Under the pieces are notes generated by a model. It had not been told where the DNA came from. It ran no database searches and was given only the letters and a program-made list of their open reading frames with translations. From Candidatus Aminicenantes bacterium (GTDB taxonomy: Bacteria; Acidobacteriota; Aminicenantia; Aminicenantales; Saccharicenantaceae): 64,000 nucleotides of DNA. A program made the position numbers and the translations under genes. Location: NCBI GenBank assembly GCA_963754085.1, contig CAVWFA010000009.1, forward strand, positions 7,086-71,085. The letters are read 5' to 3'. Below are positions 8,330-17,725 of the stretch, piece by piece. The first letter of the stretch is position 1; the number at the start of each line of letters is the position of its first letter.

Positions 8330-9523
8330 TTATCCGACCCGCTTGTTCTCCGCGAACAGCTTGGTCACATCGGGGAGCTTGGCCGCAGTCTTCTTGGTCC
8401 ACTCAAACTCGAGCAGCTCCTTCGCCGCCTGTTCGAGGAATTCCGGCGCGGCCCACTTCTTCACATCGAAGTCGTTCTTGATGTAGCCGTGGCTCAGCAT
8501 GAAGTTCTTCCCGACCTCGACGGCGGCAAGATTCAGAGGTGAAAGGTTGGGCACCAAGTCAACATCTCTGATACCTTGGTAAGTGGCCTCGACGTCACGG
8601 TAGAACGTCTGTTGGTCGAGAATTTCCGCCGCGGCATACTTGTTCTGATTGGCCCAGCGACCGGCCCGGATCATGCCCTTCATGAACGTGACGGCGAGTT
8701 CGGGATGCTCCTTGGCCATGACGTCGGTGCATGTGATGGCTGCAGGAATGTTGGCCACCTGCAGGCGCCAGTCCGGATAGCGGGAGAGATCCTCGATCGC
8801 CGCGAACTTGCCCGTCGCCTCGCAAACCTGTTGAAGCGGCTTGGTCTGCAAGTACAACGCATCGATGACCCCTTTTTCCAGCGCCGACTCCAATGGACGG
8901 AAGGCCAAATCGCGCTTATGATCACGAGCTAACCACAGATCAATCGAAAGCTCCATGGTCGCTTTCACCATTGCCGGCGCGTTATACCAGTCATCCGCGT
9001 AGGGGAACTCGACAAGTTCGATGTCGTCCATGGTCATGCCGTTCATCCGGAGCATCAGCTCGATCCCCTGGTGCTCCTGAATGCGCCACCAGTCGTTCTT
9101 GATCTTGTTCATGCTCTTGGAAATGCCGATTTTCTTACCTTTCAAATCGGACATCCGGTAAATATCGTCCTTGGCGCGCACCATCATAACGCCGCCTTCG
9201 GCCGGCATCTGCGTCACCCCAAGCAGTTTGGTCCGGCGGATATCTGCATGAACTTCGATGGGCGGAAACAAACCGCCGAAGCGGATGAGATTTTCCTGGT
9301 TGTGGATGTAGTGGGGATACCAGTCGGTCTCAGCGGTCGACCGCATGTAGGCAAACTTCACCCCGATCTTCTTAAACTCCTTCTTGGTCAAGCCCAAGCC
9401 TTCATCCACGTTGCTGGCGGACACAAGCGGGCAATTGGTGTAGTAGACCTCTTTCCAGTTCAAGGGAACGACCTTCAATTTCGTGTTCTCGAACGTCGTT
9501 TCTTTGATTTTTGTCTCAGCCAT
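8330..9523 (-). CDS. DszB-like desulfinase homologue (NMT1/THI5/SsuA periplasmic-binding-protein fold, no signal peptide)
   Basis: 397 aa. YYTNCPLVSASNV, LIRFGGLFPP, GKKIGISKSM and KKWAAPEFLEQ align by eye with the 2'-hydroxybiphenyl-2-sulfinate desulfinase DszB as I recall it (TYSNCPVPNA with the catalytic Cys, YTRFGGEIPP, GRRIGVSASA, DQWAAPEFLNN). No export signal. AAGGAGAG RBS. Confidence 0.55.
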   Translation of the reverse strand: MAETKIKETTFENTKLKVVPLNWKEVYYTNCPLVSASNVDEGLGLTKKEFKKIGVKFAYMRSTAETDWYPHYIHNQENLIRFGGLFPPIEVHADIRRTKLLGVTQMPAEGGVMMVRAKDDIYRMSDLKGKKIGISKSMNKIKNDWWRIQEHQGIELMLRMNGMTMDDIELVEFPYADDWYNAPAMVKATMELSIDLWLARDHKRDLAFRPLESALEKGVIDALYLQTKPLQQVCEATGKFAAIEDLSRYPDWRLQVANIPAAITCTDVMAKEHPELAVTFMKGMIRAGRWANQNKYAAAEILDQQTFYRDVEATYQGIRDVDLVPNLSPLNLAAVEVGKNFMLSHGYIKNDFDVKKWAAPEFLEQAAKELLEFEWTKKTAAKLPDVTKLFAENKRVG

Positions 9524-9679
9524 GTTCTGTCTCTCCTTTGATACGTTGTCTCATCACCGGACCGGCGGTGATGGCGATCTGTCCGAAACCCAGGCCCGGC
9601 CGCCCCGACCAACCTGAAACGTCAGAAGGCGTTTTCCTCTTCTCCCGATATTCCCCTCCTTTCCGGTTCAAATTCATTT

Positions 9680-11368
9680 TCATTTAGCTGCAAGCATCGA
9701 CCGGGACATCATGCCGCCGGAGATGTTCCGGGCCTTGAACCCGTTCTGCAGAAGGATGCGCGTCGCGTAGTAGGCGCGCTGGGCCGAGCGGCAGATGACG
9801 TGGATCTCGCGGTCGCGGGGAAGTTCGGCCAGGCGCGCCCGGAGCTGCGGCAGGGGGATGTTGACCGCGCCCGGCACGGCGGCCACGGCGATCTCCGGCG
9901 GGTTGCGCACGTCGAGGAGGAACCCGTCGCCCAGGGAGTCCCAGTGGCTGAGCGGCATGTCGCCCCGCAGGACGTCGGCCGAGACCATGCCCGCGAAGTT
10001 GACGGGATCCTTGGCGCTGCCGAACGGCGGCGCGTAGCAGAGCTCGGATTCCTCCAGGTCGTACACCGTCGCCCCCATCTGGACGGCCATGGCCAGGGCG
10101 TCGATCCGCTTCTCGACGCCGTCCTTGCCCAGCGCCTGGGCCCCGAGGAGGCGCCCGTCGGATTTCCGGAAGAGGACCTTCAGGACGATCGTCTTGGCGC
10201 CCGGGTAATACCCGGCGTGCGAGTTCGGGAAGAGGTAGATCTTTTCGTAATCCTTCTGGCCTTGCCGGACCAGCTGCTTCTCGTTGGCGCCGGTCGTGGC
10301 CACCGTGGCCCCGAAGATCCCGATGACCGAGGTGCCCTGGGTGCCGCGGAAGCGGGAGTCGCGCCCGGCGATGACGTCGGCCGCGATCCGGCCCTGCCGG
10401 TTGGCCGGCCCGGCGAGGGGGATGAGCGTCCATTCGCCGGTGACGAAGTCCTTGACCTCGACCGCGTCCCCGACGGCGAAGATGTCCGGGTCGCTCGTGT
10501 GCATCTGGTCGTCGACCCGGATCCCGCCGCGCTTGCCGATCTCGAGCCCGGCCGCCTTGGCCAGCTCGGTCTCCGGACGCACGCCGATGGCCAGGATGAC
10601 CATGTCCGCCGGATAGGTCTTGCCGGACTTCGTGAGCACCTCGAGCGCGCCGTCGGCCGTCTGCTTGAATCCGGCCACCGCGTCGTTGAGCGCGAGGCGG
10701 ACGCCGTTCTCTTCCATGTGGCGCTCGACGAGGCTGGCGCACTCCGGGTCGAGCGGCGCCATGACGTGATCGAGCATCTCGACCAGCGTCACTTCGAGGC
10801 CGCGGTGGACCAGGTTCTCGGCCATCTCCAGGCCGATGTACCCGCCGCCGACCACGACCGCCCGCTTGACCTTGTCCAGCGGCCGGAAGCCCGTGGCCGA
10901 GCCCTCGCCGGTCCAGGCGCTCGAACCCCGGTCGATCCATTCCCGGATCTCCCGGGCGTCCGGCACGGTCCGGACCGAGAAGATGCCCGGCAGGTCGATC
11001 CCGGGCAGGGGCGGACGGATCGGGGCCGCCCCGGGCGACAGCACCAGCTTGTCGTACTTTTCGGTCGTGACTTCGCCCGTCACGTGGTTCTTGAGGGCCA
11101 CGGTCTTCTCTTTCGGCGAGATCCCGACCGCCTCGCAGCGCGTCCGGCAATCGATGCCGAACACGGCGCGGAAGGTCTGCTCGTTGGACACGAGCAGGCT
11201 GGCCTCCTTTTCGATGACGCCGCTGACATGGTAGGGCAGCCCGCAGTTCGCGTACGAAACGTACGGCCCGCGCTCCACCATGAGGATCTCGGCCTTCTCG
11301 TCCAACCGGCGCAGGCGCGCCGCGCACGACGCTCCGCCGGCCACTCCGCCGACAATGACGACTTTCAT
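9680..11368 (-). CDS. CoA-disulfide reductase / NAD(P)H persulfide-polysulfide reductase-like flavoprotein with C-terminal rhodanese domain
   Basis: 562 aa. Motifs seen: MKVVIVGGVAGGAS FAD motif, the redox Cys in SYANCGLPYH, a second dinucleotide fold VVVGGGYIGLE, and a C-terminal rhodanese LLDVRNPPE...HVICRSAQRA. Confidence 0.85.
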   Translation of the reverse strand: MKVVIVGGVAGGASCAARLRRLDEKAEILMVERGPYVSYANCGLPYHVSGVIEKEASLLVSNEQTFRAVFGIDCRTRCEAVGISPKEKTVALKNHVTGEVTTEKYDKLVLSPGAAPIRPPLPGIDLPGIFSVRTVPDAREIREWIDRGSSAWTGEGSATGFRPLDKVKRAVVVGGGYIGLEMAENLVHRGLEVTLVEMLDHVMAPLDPECASLVERHMEENGVRLALNDAVAGFKQTADGALEVLTKSGKTYPADMVILAIGVRPETELAKAAGLEIGKRGGIRVDDQMHTSDPDIFAVGDAVEVKDFVTGEWTLIPLAGPANRQGRIAADVIAGRDSRFRGTQGTSVIGIFGATVATTGANEKQLVRQGQKDYEKIYLFPNSHAGYYPGAKTIVLKVLFRKSDGRLLGAQALGKDGVEKRIDALAMAVQMGATVYDLEESELCYAPPFGSAKDPVNFAGMVSADVLRGDMPLSHWDSLGDGFLLDVRNPPEIAVAAVPGAVNIPLPQLRARLAELPRDREIHVICRSAQRAYYATRILLQNGFKARNISGGMMSRSMLAAK

Positions 11369-11395
11369 GGTTGTTCCTCCGTTTTCTTCTCTGAT

Positions 11396-11965
11396 CTATT
11401 TGGACTTGTTCAGCTTGCTGATCTTCGAGCCTTCCAGGGTCAGGTTGTACATCAGCCCCTTCTGGCCGACGATGAACCCGACGATCGGGGCTTTGATGTT
11501 CGTGGTGTCGATGGACTTCCCGGCCCCGATGTCGATGAGGACCACGGAGCCGTCCACGCCGGCCTTCCAGCCGCTGCTCTCCCGGAACTTCTTCAGGGCC
11601 TCCTCGGCCAGGAAGACGATGATGACGTCCTTTTTCTGGGCCCCGAACTGCAGGCCGATCGAGGCCGAGGAGATGCTGTAGTAATCGACGGTCTGGCCGC
11701 CGACGCGGAGCGCCCCTTCCCCGTGCTCGCCGCCGATCCCGAGGCCCGCCTTGATGACGCCGGCGAAGACGCAGACGCCCTTGGCGCTCTTGAGGAATTC
11801 GGCCGAGCCCTTCACTTCCTTCTGGAACCGGTCCAGCGCCGCGTCGACCTTGGCGTCGATCTCCTTGGCCGTGGCCGCCTGAAGGGCCGGGGCCCCGGAG
11901 AACACGAGAAGCAGGATCGCCGCCGCCAGGACGGCCTTCGGTCTTCCGTGGGACTTGGCGTTCAT
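11396..11965 (-). CDS. SYLF (Ysc84/DUF500) lipid-binding domain protein, secreted
   Basis: Signal peptide AAAILLLVFSGAPALQA, followed by GVCVFAGVIKAGLGIGGEHGEGAL...IGLQFGAQKKDVIIVF...APIVGFIVGQKGLMYNLTLEGSKI, typical of SYLF. Confidence 0.7.
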   Translation of the reverse strand: MNAKSHGRPKAVLAAAILLLVFSGAPALQAATAKEIDAKVDAALDRFQKEVKGSAEFLKSAKGVCVFAGVIKAGLGIGGEHGEGALRVGGQTVDYYSISSASIGLQFGAQKKDVIIVFLAEEALKKFRESSGWKAGVDGSVVLIDIGAGKSIDTTNIKAPIVGFIVGQKGLMYNLTLEGSKISKLNKSK

Positions 11966-11966
11966 G

Positions 11967-12875
11967 TTATCGACCTCCTGGCGAGATGTCGCGGCCCGCT
12001 AACGGGCCGGCTCGCTCTTCAGCGTCTTTCCTTCCGGCCACCTTCAAGACGAGCATCAGCAGCAGGTTGGCGGGAGCCATGATGGCGCCGAAGACAACGA
12101 GCGGAGCCAGCACGGGCAGATCGGGAAAGCTCCGGCCCGCGATGGCGATGCACAGGGCGACGTTGCGCATGCTGCTGGCGGTGGCCAGGATCCCCCGCGT
12201 CCGCGTCCGCGGCCCTCCGACGATCCAGCCGATGAGCATCGAGACGAGGATGAGGACGATGACGCCGACGAGCACCCTCGGGCCGCCCCCGCTCTTCGCC
12301 CAGCTGGACAGAGACCGGGTCCTGACGATGACGACGATAAAGGCCAGGGTCGCGATGAGGGAGACCGGTCCGCCGAGCTTGCGGGCGACGGCCGCGGCCC
12401 GGTCGTGAACGGCGATCCCCAGGACCAGCGGGAGGATCGAAAAGAGCGCCAGATACAGGACAGCGTTCACGTAGGGGACGTTGATCGTCAAGCCCCGGGG
12501 CAGGACGAGCGAGATGAGGATCGGGGAGATGATGACCGAGAGGAGCGAGAGCAGGAAAGCCGTCGCCCCGGCGTAAGCGAGCATCCTCTCTTCCTTCGTC
12601 TTCGTCAGGAACTGGAGCGCGCCGAGACCGCCCGGGGCGCAGGACAGGAGGATCAGCGCCAGGGCGTTCTCCGGCTTGAGCGCGAACGCCTTGGCCGCCA
12701 GGACCCCCACGGCGGGGATCAGGATGAAATTGGCGATGAAGACCCGCACGAGCCAGCTTCTGTCCCGGACGACGGACAGGATCTCGTCCTTGCCGACCTT
12801 CAGGCCGATGCCCAGCATCGATCCCACGAGAAAGACATAGAACAGGGCCCTGGTCAAAGGATCCAGGATGAACAT
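11967..12875 (-). CDS. bile acid:Na+ symporter (BASS/SBF) family transporter
   Basis: 302 aa polytopic protein. FLVGSMLGIGLKV...FILIPAVGVL...LILLSCAPGG matches BASS-family signatures. Its stop lies 1 nt from the next gene's ATG. Confidence 0.7.
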   Translation of the reverse strand: MFILDPLTRALFYVFLVGSMLGIGLKVGKDEILSVVRDRSWLVRVFIANFILIPAVGVLAAKAFALKPENALALILLSCAPGGLGALQFLTKTKEERMLAYAGATAFLLSLLSVIISPILISLVLPRGLTINVPYVNAVLYLALFSILPLVLGIAVHDRAAAVARKLGGPVSLIATLAFIVVIVRTRSLSSWAKSGGGPRVLVGVIVLILVSMLIGWIVGGPRTRTRGILATASSMRNVALCIAIAGRSFPDLPVLAPLVVFGAIMAPANLLLMLVLKVAGRKDAEERAGPLAGRDISPGGR

Positions 12876-12928
12876 GATCTTTCCTTTCTTCTCCGGGGCT
12901 GGCCGGACCGACGGGCGGCGCGCGAAAA

Positions 12929-13306
12929 CTACGGGATCGACCCGTTCAGCTCCTGTTTCCGGACCAGTTCCAGCAGGGACTCCCCGGAGAACGGCTTCTG
13001 AAGATACCCGATCGCGCCGTTCTGCAGGGCGAACTCCCGCGCCTGGATGTCGGCATTCCCCGTGACCACGATCACCGGCATGCCGTGGCGCAGCTCCCGC
13101 ATCTTCTTCATCAGTCCGAACCCGTCGCAGACCGGCATGTGGATATCGACGATGGCATACCCGGTCTGCCCTGTCGGCACCGAGTCAAGGAACGACTGGG
13201 CCGACGCGAAGAACTCTGCGGGGATCCCTCGGGCGTTCAGCATTCGCTTGAGCGACTTGCCGAACGACAGGTCGTCGTCGACGATGCAAAAGGATAGCTG
13301 TTCCAA
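12929..13306 (-). CDS. single-domain response regulator (CheY-like receiver)
   Basis: FCIVDDDLSFGKSLKRML...YAIVDIHMPVCDGF...PVIVVTGNAD...GAIGYLQKPF. Uses a TTG start. Confidence 0.85.
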   Translation of the reverse strand: MEQLSFCIVDDDLSFGKSLKRMLNARGIPAEFFASAQSFLDSVPTGQTGYAIVDIHMPVCDGFGLMKKMRELRHGMPVIVVTGNADIQAREFALQNGAIGYLQKPFSGESLLELVRKQELNGSIP

Positions 13307-13355
13307 GTCCGTTCGGCCCTTTCCGCGGGCAGTCTCTCACAGGGCCGGAGGAGTT

Positions 13356-13376
13356 GTCTATTGGACCTTGGGCTAA
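13356..13376 (-). promoter_or_regulatory. conserved upstream 16-mer plus degenerate -35 (copy b)
   Basis: Minus strand reads TTAGCCCAAGGTCCAA-TAGAC. It overlaps the kinase stop codon and lies 50 nt upstream of the response-regulator start. The -35/-10 boxes are weaker than in the other copies. Confidence 0.35.
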
Positions 13377-15868
13377 GTGCCGCGAAGCGGCCGCCCGGGC
13401 CGGGCGAAGCGCCGGCGTTCGTTATCATCCTTCTCCGGGCTCCCCGACCCGGCTTTCAAGGCAAAATGGAAGATCGCGCCCCCCGCGGCATTGGTCTCCG
13501 CCCAGATCCGGCCGCCATGTTCGTCGAGGATCGATTGGCAGATGGTCAACCCCATCCCGAGGCCGTCCTTCTTGGTCGTAAAGAAGGGTTTGAACAAATT
13601 GTCCTGGCCCACCTGGCCGAACCCCGGCCCCGTGTCGCTGACGCTGACGACGACGGTGTCCGCCGCCGCCGCGGCGGAGCGGACTTCCAATACCCTCCGG
13701 GGCGCCCCTTTTATGGCGTCGACGGCGTTCGCCATCAGATTCAGCAGGACCTGCTCCAGCCGGACCCGGTCGCCGCGGACATCCGGCAGGCCCGTCGCCA
13801 GGTCTAACCGGAGCGTTATGTTGTTCATGGCCAAGCTGTTGCTCACAAGCCGGAGGACCTCCTCGATCAGGGCATTGACGTTCAGCGGCTCGAATTTCGC
13901 CTCGCCCTTTTTCACGATCCCCCGGATCTTGCGGACGACATCCCCGGCGCGAAGAGCGTCCTGGATGATATCCTCGACGATCTCGCCGATCTCCCCGCCC
14001 CCTCCCTCGACCCGGCCCAACAGCGACTTCGCGGCCTCGGCGTTGTTGAGGATCGCGCCCAGCGGCTGGTTGATCTCGTGGGCCAGGGAGGTCGAGAGCT
14101 CGTTCATCGTCATGACCCGGGCCAGATGAGCGAGCTCGTGGCGCATCTCGATCCTTTCGCTCTCGTCCAGCAGGTCTTTGGTGATATCGCGCGTCAGGCA
14201 GAGGTATCCCCGGTGCTCTTCGTCCGGCCCCCGAAGCGCCATGGACGAGACCTCGACAGTGAACTCGGACCCATCCCGCCGCAGGCCGGTGTAGATCCGG
14301 GGCGGCACGTCCCGGCCTTCCAGGATCTCCCGCATCGTCCGGGCGCCGCGTTCGCGGTCTTTTTCGGCGATGAACAGGGGGGTGTAGAGGCCGACGAGCT
14401 GCTCCGGAGAATCGTAGCCGTACAGGCGGGCCTGGAGGGAATTCGCGGCCCGGACATGACCGTCCGGTCCGATCAACACGATGCCCGCCGGGGCCGATTC
14501 GAACAACGTCCGGTAGCGCCGCTCCGAATCGGCCAGCGCCAGCTCCCCCTCCTTGCGCTCCGTGACGTCCAGGGACACCCCCTTCATGCTCGCCGGCTGG
14601 CCCGAGGGATCGAGGAACCCCTGGGCCCGGACGCCGACCCACCGAATGCGCCCGTCGGGCAGCACGACCCGGTATTCGGTCTGGACGATCGCGCCCTGGC
14701 GGAACCCCTGTTCCGCGACCAGACGGACCCGTTCGAGATCATCCGGGTGAAGCGTCCGCTCGTATCGATCGGCCGTGATCTCCTCGTCGGGCGCGAACCC
14801 GTAGAGCAGCCGGGTCTTGTCCGTCACCCAGATCTTTCCGGTCCGATAATCCCAGGACCACAGTCCGGCGCGGGCCGCGTCGGCGGCCAGCTGCAGCCGC
14901 GCTTCGCTCTCCCGCAGGTCGCCCTCGGTGAACTTCCGGTTCAGGGCGTTGGCGAAGATCTGGGCCACGATCCGCAGCTTGTCCCGCAGGTCCTCCGTCC
15001 ACTCCCGCTCCTCCTTCACGGCATTGAAGTTGATGGCCCCGAACGCCGGGCCGTCGCCCACATAGAGCGGGATCGTCAGGACGGACTTGAGGCCGAAATA
15101 CCTCCAGCCCTCCAGGTCGCGGGCGGCCTCCGGAGGAGCGTCGGCGACCCGGGACAACACGATCATCTCCTTTTGTTTCGACTTTTCGAAACACCAGGGG
15201 AACGTGACCTGGGCGTCCCGGCTTTCGTCGGTGACCACCGGGAACTCCGGGGGGACATAGATATGGGACATCACGAAATTCCCGAACGGCGTGAACTGCC
15301 ACAGGGCGCAGACGTCCAGCTTCAGGCATTCGCAGATCTGCCGCTGCGCGGCCAGGATCTCGCCATCCAGCTGATCGATCGGCAGGCCGATCAGCTTCGT
15401 CGATATGGCCGTCACCAATTTCTGGAAATTGGACCGCTCTTCCAGCTGTTCGTCCATCCGTTTCCGGTCGCTGATGTCCTCGACGATCGAAACGAACCAG
15501 CCCGGACGGCCGGTCACGTCGCGGACCAGGGCGACCGTCAGCCTGACCCAGACCGGCTCGCCGTCCTTGCGGAGGTAGCGCTTCTCCATGGCGTAGGAGT
15601 CGGCCTGTCCGGACAAGAGCCGGCCGGCCAGGGCGAGGTCGGCCTCGAGGTCGTCGGGATGCGTGATGTCCTGGAATGTGCGCTCGAGCATCTCGGCGGG
15701 CGAGTACCCCACGATATCGCAGAACTTGCGGTTGATGCGAAGGAATTTCCCGTCCGGTGAAACGTGGGCGATGCCGACCCCGGCCTGCTCGAACGTGACC
15801 CGGAAGCGTTCCTCGCTCGCCCGCAGGTCTTCCTCGACGCGCTTCCGGTTCAGCGCGTTGGCGAACAT
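13373..15868 (-). CDS. sensor histidine kinase, PAS-GAF-PAS-PAS-HisKA-HATPase (the largest intact frame of a longer, disrupted gene)
   Basis: H-box MNELSTSLAHEINQPL, N-box LEQVLLNLMANAVDA, G-boxes DTGPGF and GLGMGLTIC. The first ~330 aa are paralogous to the sensory module of the 4181..6697 activator. Confidence 0.8.
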   Translation of the reverse strand: MFANALNRKRVEEDLRASEERFRVTFEQAGVGIAHVSPDGKFLRINRKFCDIVGYSPAEMLERTFQDITHPDDLEADLALAGRLLSGQADSYAMEKRYLRKDGEPVWVRLTVALVRDVTGRPGWFVSIVEDISDRKRMDEQLEERSNFQKLVTAISTKLIGLPIDQLDGEILAAQRQICECLKLDVCALWQFTPFGNFVMSHIYVPPEFPVVTDESRDAQVTFPWCFEKSKQKEMIVLSRVADAPPEAARDLEGWRYFGLKSVLTIPLYVGDGPAFGAINFNAVKEEREWTEDLRDKLRIVAQIFANALNRKFTEGDLRESEARLQLAADAARAGLWSWDYRTGKIWVTDKTRLLYGFAPDEEITADRYERTLHPDDLERVRLVAEQGFRQGAIVQTEYRVVLPDGRIRWVGVRAQGFLDPSGQPASMKGVSLDVTERKEGELALADSERRYRTLFESAPAGIVLIGPDGHVRAANSLQARLYGYDSPEQLVGLYTPLFIAEKDRERGARTMREILEGRDVPPRIYTGLRRDGSEFTVEVSSMALRGPDEEHRGYLCLTRDITKDLLDESERIEMRHELAHLARVMTMNELSTSLAHEINQPLGAILNNAEAAKSLLGRVEGGGGEIGEIVEDIIQDALRAGDVVRKIRGIVKKGEAKFEPLNVNALIEEVLRLVSNSLAMNNITLRLDLATGLPDVRGDRVRLEQVLLNLMANAVDAIKGAPRRVLEVRSAAAAADTVVVSVSDTGPGFGQVGQDNLFKPFFTTKKDGLGMGLTICQSILDEHGGRIWAETNAAGGAIFHFALKAGSGSPEKDDNERRRFARPGRPLRGT

Positions 15869-16407
15869 CTGCGCGACGAGCCCGAACCGGGTGATGTCCG
15901 TCTCCGTCCAACGCTTTTTTCGCCCGTGGTCCCGAAAGCGAGCAGGCCGAAGACCGGCCCGTCTCCGACCGAAAGGGGAAGGGTCGCGGTGGACTTCGTG
16001 CCGAACGCGCGGTGGGTCTCCAGGTCTCGGCCGGCTTCCGGCGGGAAGTCGGACAAGCTCGAAAGGATGACCGCCTCACCGGCCAGGATCCTCGCGTACC
16101 GTCCAGGGGAAGAAACGGATGCCGGACATCGTCTCGGGAGGAGGCGGGGCTTCCCGGAGGAAGATACCAGTGCGTCAGGAACATCGCTCCGGGTTCACCC
16201 TCCGGAGCCTGCCAGAGGGACGAGCGGTCGAGATCGAGGAGCTCGCAGAGGCGCCGCTGGGCGTCTCGAAGGCCGTTGTCGATCCGGCTCGGTGGGCAGG
16301 TTGATGAATCGCGCGGAAAGCTCGGACAGCAGCCGCTCGAACCCCTCCCGCCGCTGCGGGAGCTTTCGCGGCCTGGCCGCCCGAGGTTTAGCCGGCGTCT
16401 TCAACAT
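15869..16407 (-). pseudogene. disrupted N-terminal GAF domain of the histidine kinase (at least 4 frameshifts)
   Basis: Pieces in three frames: EGFERLLSELSARFINLP / [28 protein letters not shown]...MFLTHWYLPPGSP / PPPPETMSGIRFFPWTVRE / [53 protein letters not shown]. They are colinear with aa 1-190 of the 4181..6697 protein. Shifts are near 16278-16292, 16138-16155, 16084-16096 and 15905-15925. Confidence 0.75.
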
Positions 16408-16445
16408 TATGGTCCTCGAGTATCCCTAAAAAGGAGAGGACAATA

Positions 16446-16474
16446 ACGATACCACCGGCCCCCGGATTTTTCAA
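16446..16474 (-). promoter_or_regulatory. candidate sigma70-type promoter of the kinase gene
   Basis: Minus strand reads TTGAAA-17 nt-TATCGT. A GAGGA RBS follows, then the ATG at 16407. Confidence 0.45.
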
Positions 16475-16526
16475 GTTTCCCGGCAGTCCGACGGACGGAA
16501 TCGGACCTCTGGCGGGTGCCGCCGGG

Positions 16527-17591
16527 TCAGCGTGTGGGCACGGTCACGACCGGCGCGGCCGGGCTCTGGCCGGTCTCGGCCAGCGAGAACAGGATCAACA
16601 GGAAGGTGAAGGTGCGCTTGCTGGCCAGGTCGGTATCCTCGATCCAGTACCAGTGGCCCTTGTAGGGCACCGAAGCATAGGTGGTCTCCGGCACGCTCGT
16701 TCCCGAACGGATCTCCACGAGGGGTGCCGCCTTTGCATCGCCGGGCCTCCACAGGCCGGGCAGGACACGGCCGCTCGTTCCGTGGCCCGCGGGCAGATCG
16801 ATGCCCGTCCCCATGTCCAGAATGATCTCCAGCATCGAACGGGTGATCATGGCCACCTGCTGGCCGCCGCGCGGCGCCAAGCCGTAAACGATCTCGATCT
16901 CCGTCGCACCCGGCTCCAACCCCAGGAGTTCCGCCAGACGGCGGACGTCTTCGAGCGGCCCGGACTGCCGGCCTTCCGGCCGGAGCACCAGAATGACCGC
17001 GCTGCCGTCTTTGCGGGCTTCGACCCGGTTGCCGAGGCCGCCGGCGCGTTGAAGACGGGACAGGAGATCGACGATCTCGCGGAAACCGGGATCGCCGCCG
17101 ACCCCGAAGGAATCGTTGCGCAACCCATTGATCGACCGGACCGCGGTCCCCATGACCAGGTCCGTCGGCCAGCCGCCCTGCATCAATTGCATGACGGCCG
17201 ACGGCGGAATGGGTTGGAGCAAAGACCTGGTGAACCGGTCTCCCAGCAGCGGTTGGTAGGTCACGGTCGGCGTGTTGGACCAGGCCCCCCCCGCGCCCAG
17301 CGTGAACCCGTCTCCGAGCTGGCCATTCGACACCTGGGCGCCTCCCGACGCGGTGCCGGCGACCGAATAGCTGTTGATGACGGAGGCGACGTCCAGGAAC
17401 ACCGGCGCGTCGGCATAGCGAAGGCGCACGACGTTGAGGAGCGTCTGGCGCTTCCAGGATTCGGCGATCACCTGCCCGTAGTCCATGCGGTCCACCGTGA
17501 CCCGCGCCGCGGGGACGCGGACGCAGCCGGCCAAGACCAGCAACAACAACACGCCGGAATACTTCATCCTTTGGCAAGTGACCAGTCGCAT
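16527..17591 (-). CDS. conserved lipoprotein of unknown function
   Basis: 354 aa with lipobox LLLVLAGC. GGAGG RBS. A truncated paralogue lies at 47060..47401. Confidence 0.6.
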   Translation of the reverse strand: MRLVTCQRMKYSGVLLLLVLAGCVRVPAARVTVDRMDYGQVIAESWKRQTLLNVVRLRYADAPVFLDVASVINSYSVAGTASGGAQVSNGQLGDGFTLGAGGAWSNTPTVTYQPLLGDRFTRSLLQPIPPSAVMQLMQGGWPTDLVMGTAVRSINGLRNDSFGVGGDPGFREIVDLLSRLQRAGGLGNRVEARKDGSAVILVLRPEGRQSGPLEDVRRLAELLGLEPGATEIEIVYGLAPRGGQQVAMITRSMLEIILDMGTGIDLPAGHGTSGRVLPGLWRPGDAKAAPLVEIRSGTSVPETTYASVPYKGHWYWIEDTDLASKRTFTFLLILFSLAETGQSPAAPVVTVPTR

Positions 17592-17725
17592 AATCGTTCC
17601 TCCCCCATCGAACCTACCGCCTGGCCCCGGGGACCCGGGAATTCCCCGTCCGGGCCGCTCACGGAACTATTCGCAGGACCTGAAGGCGGCTGCCCGCCGC
17701 CGTCAGGTCCGCTTCGTAACGATAT

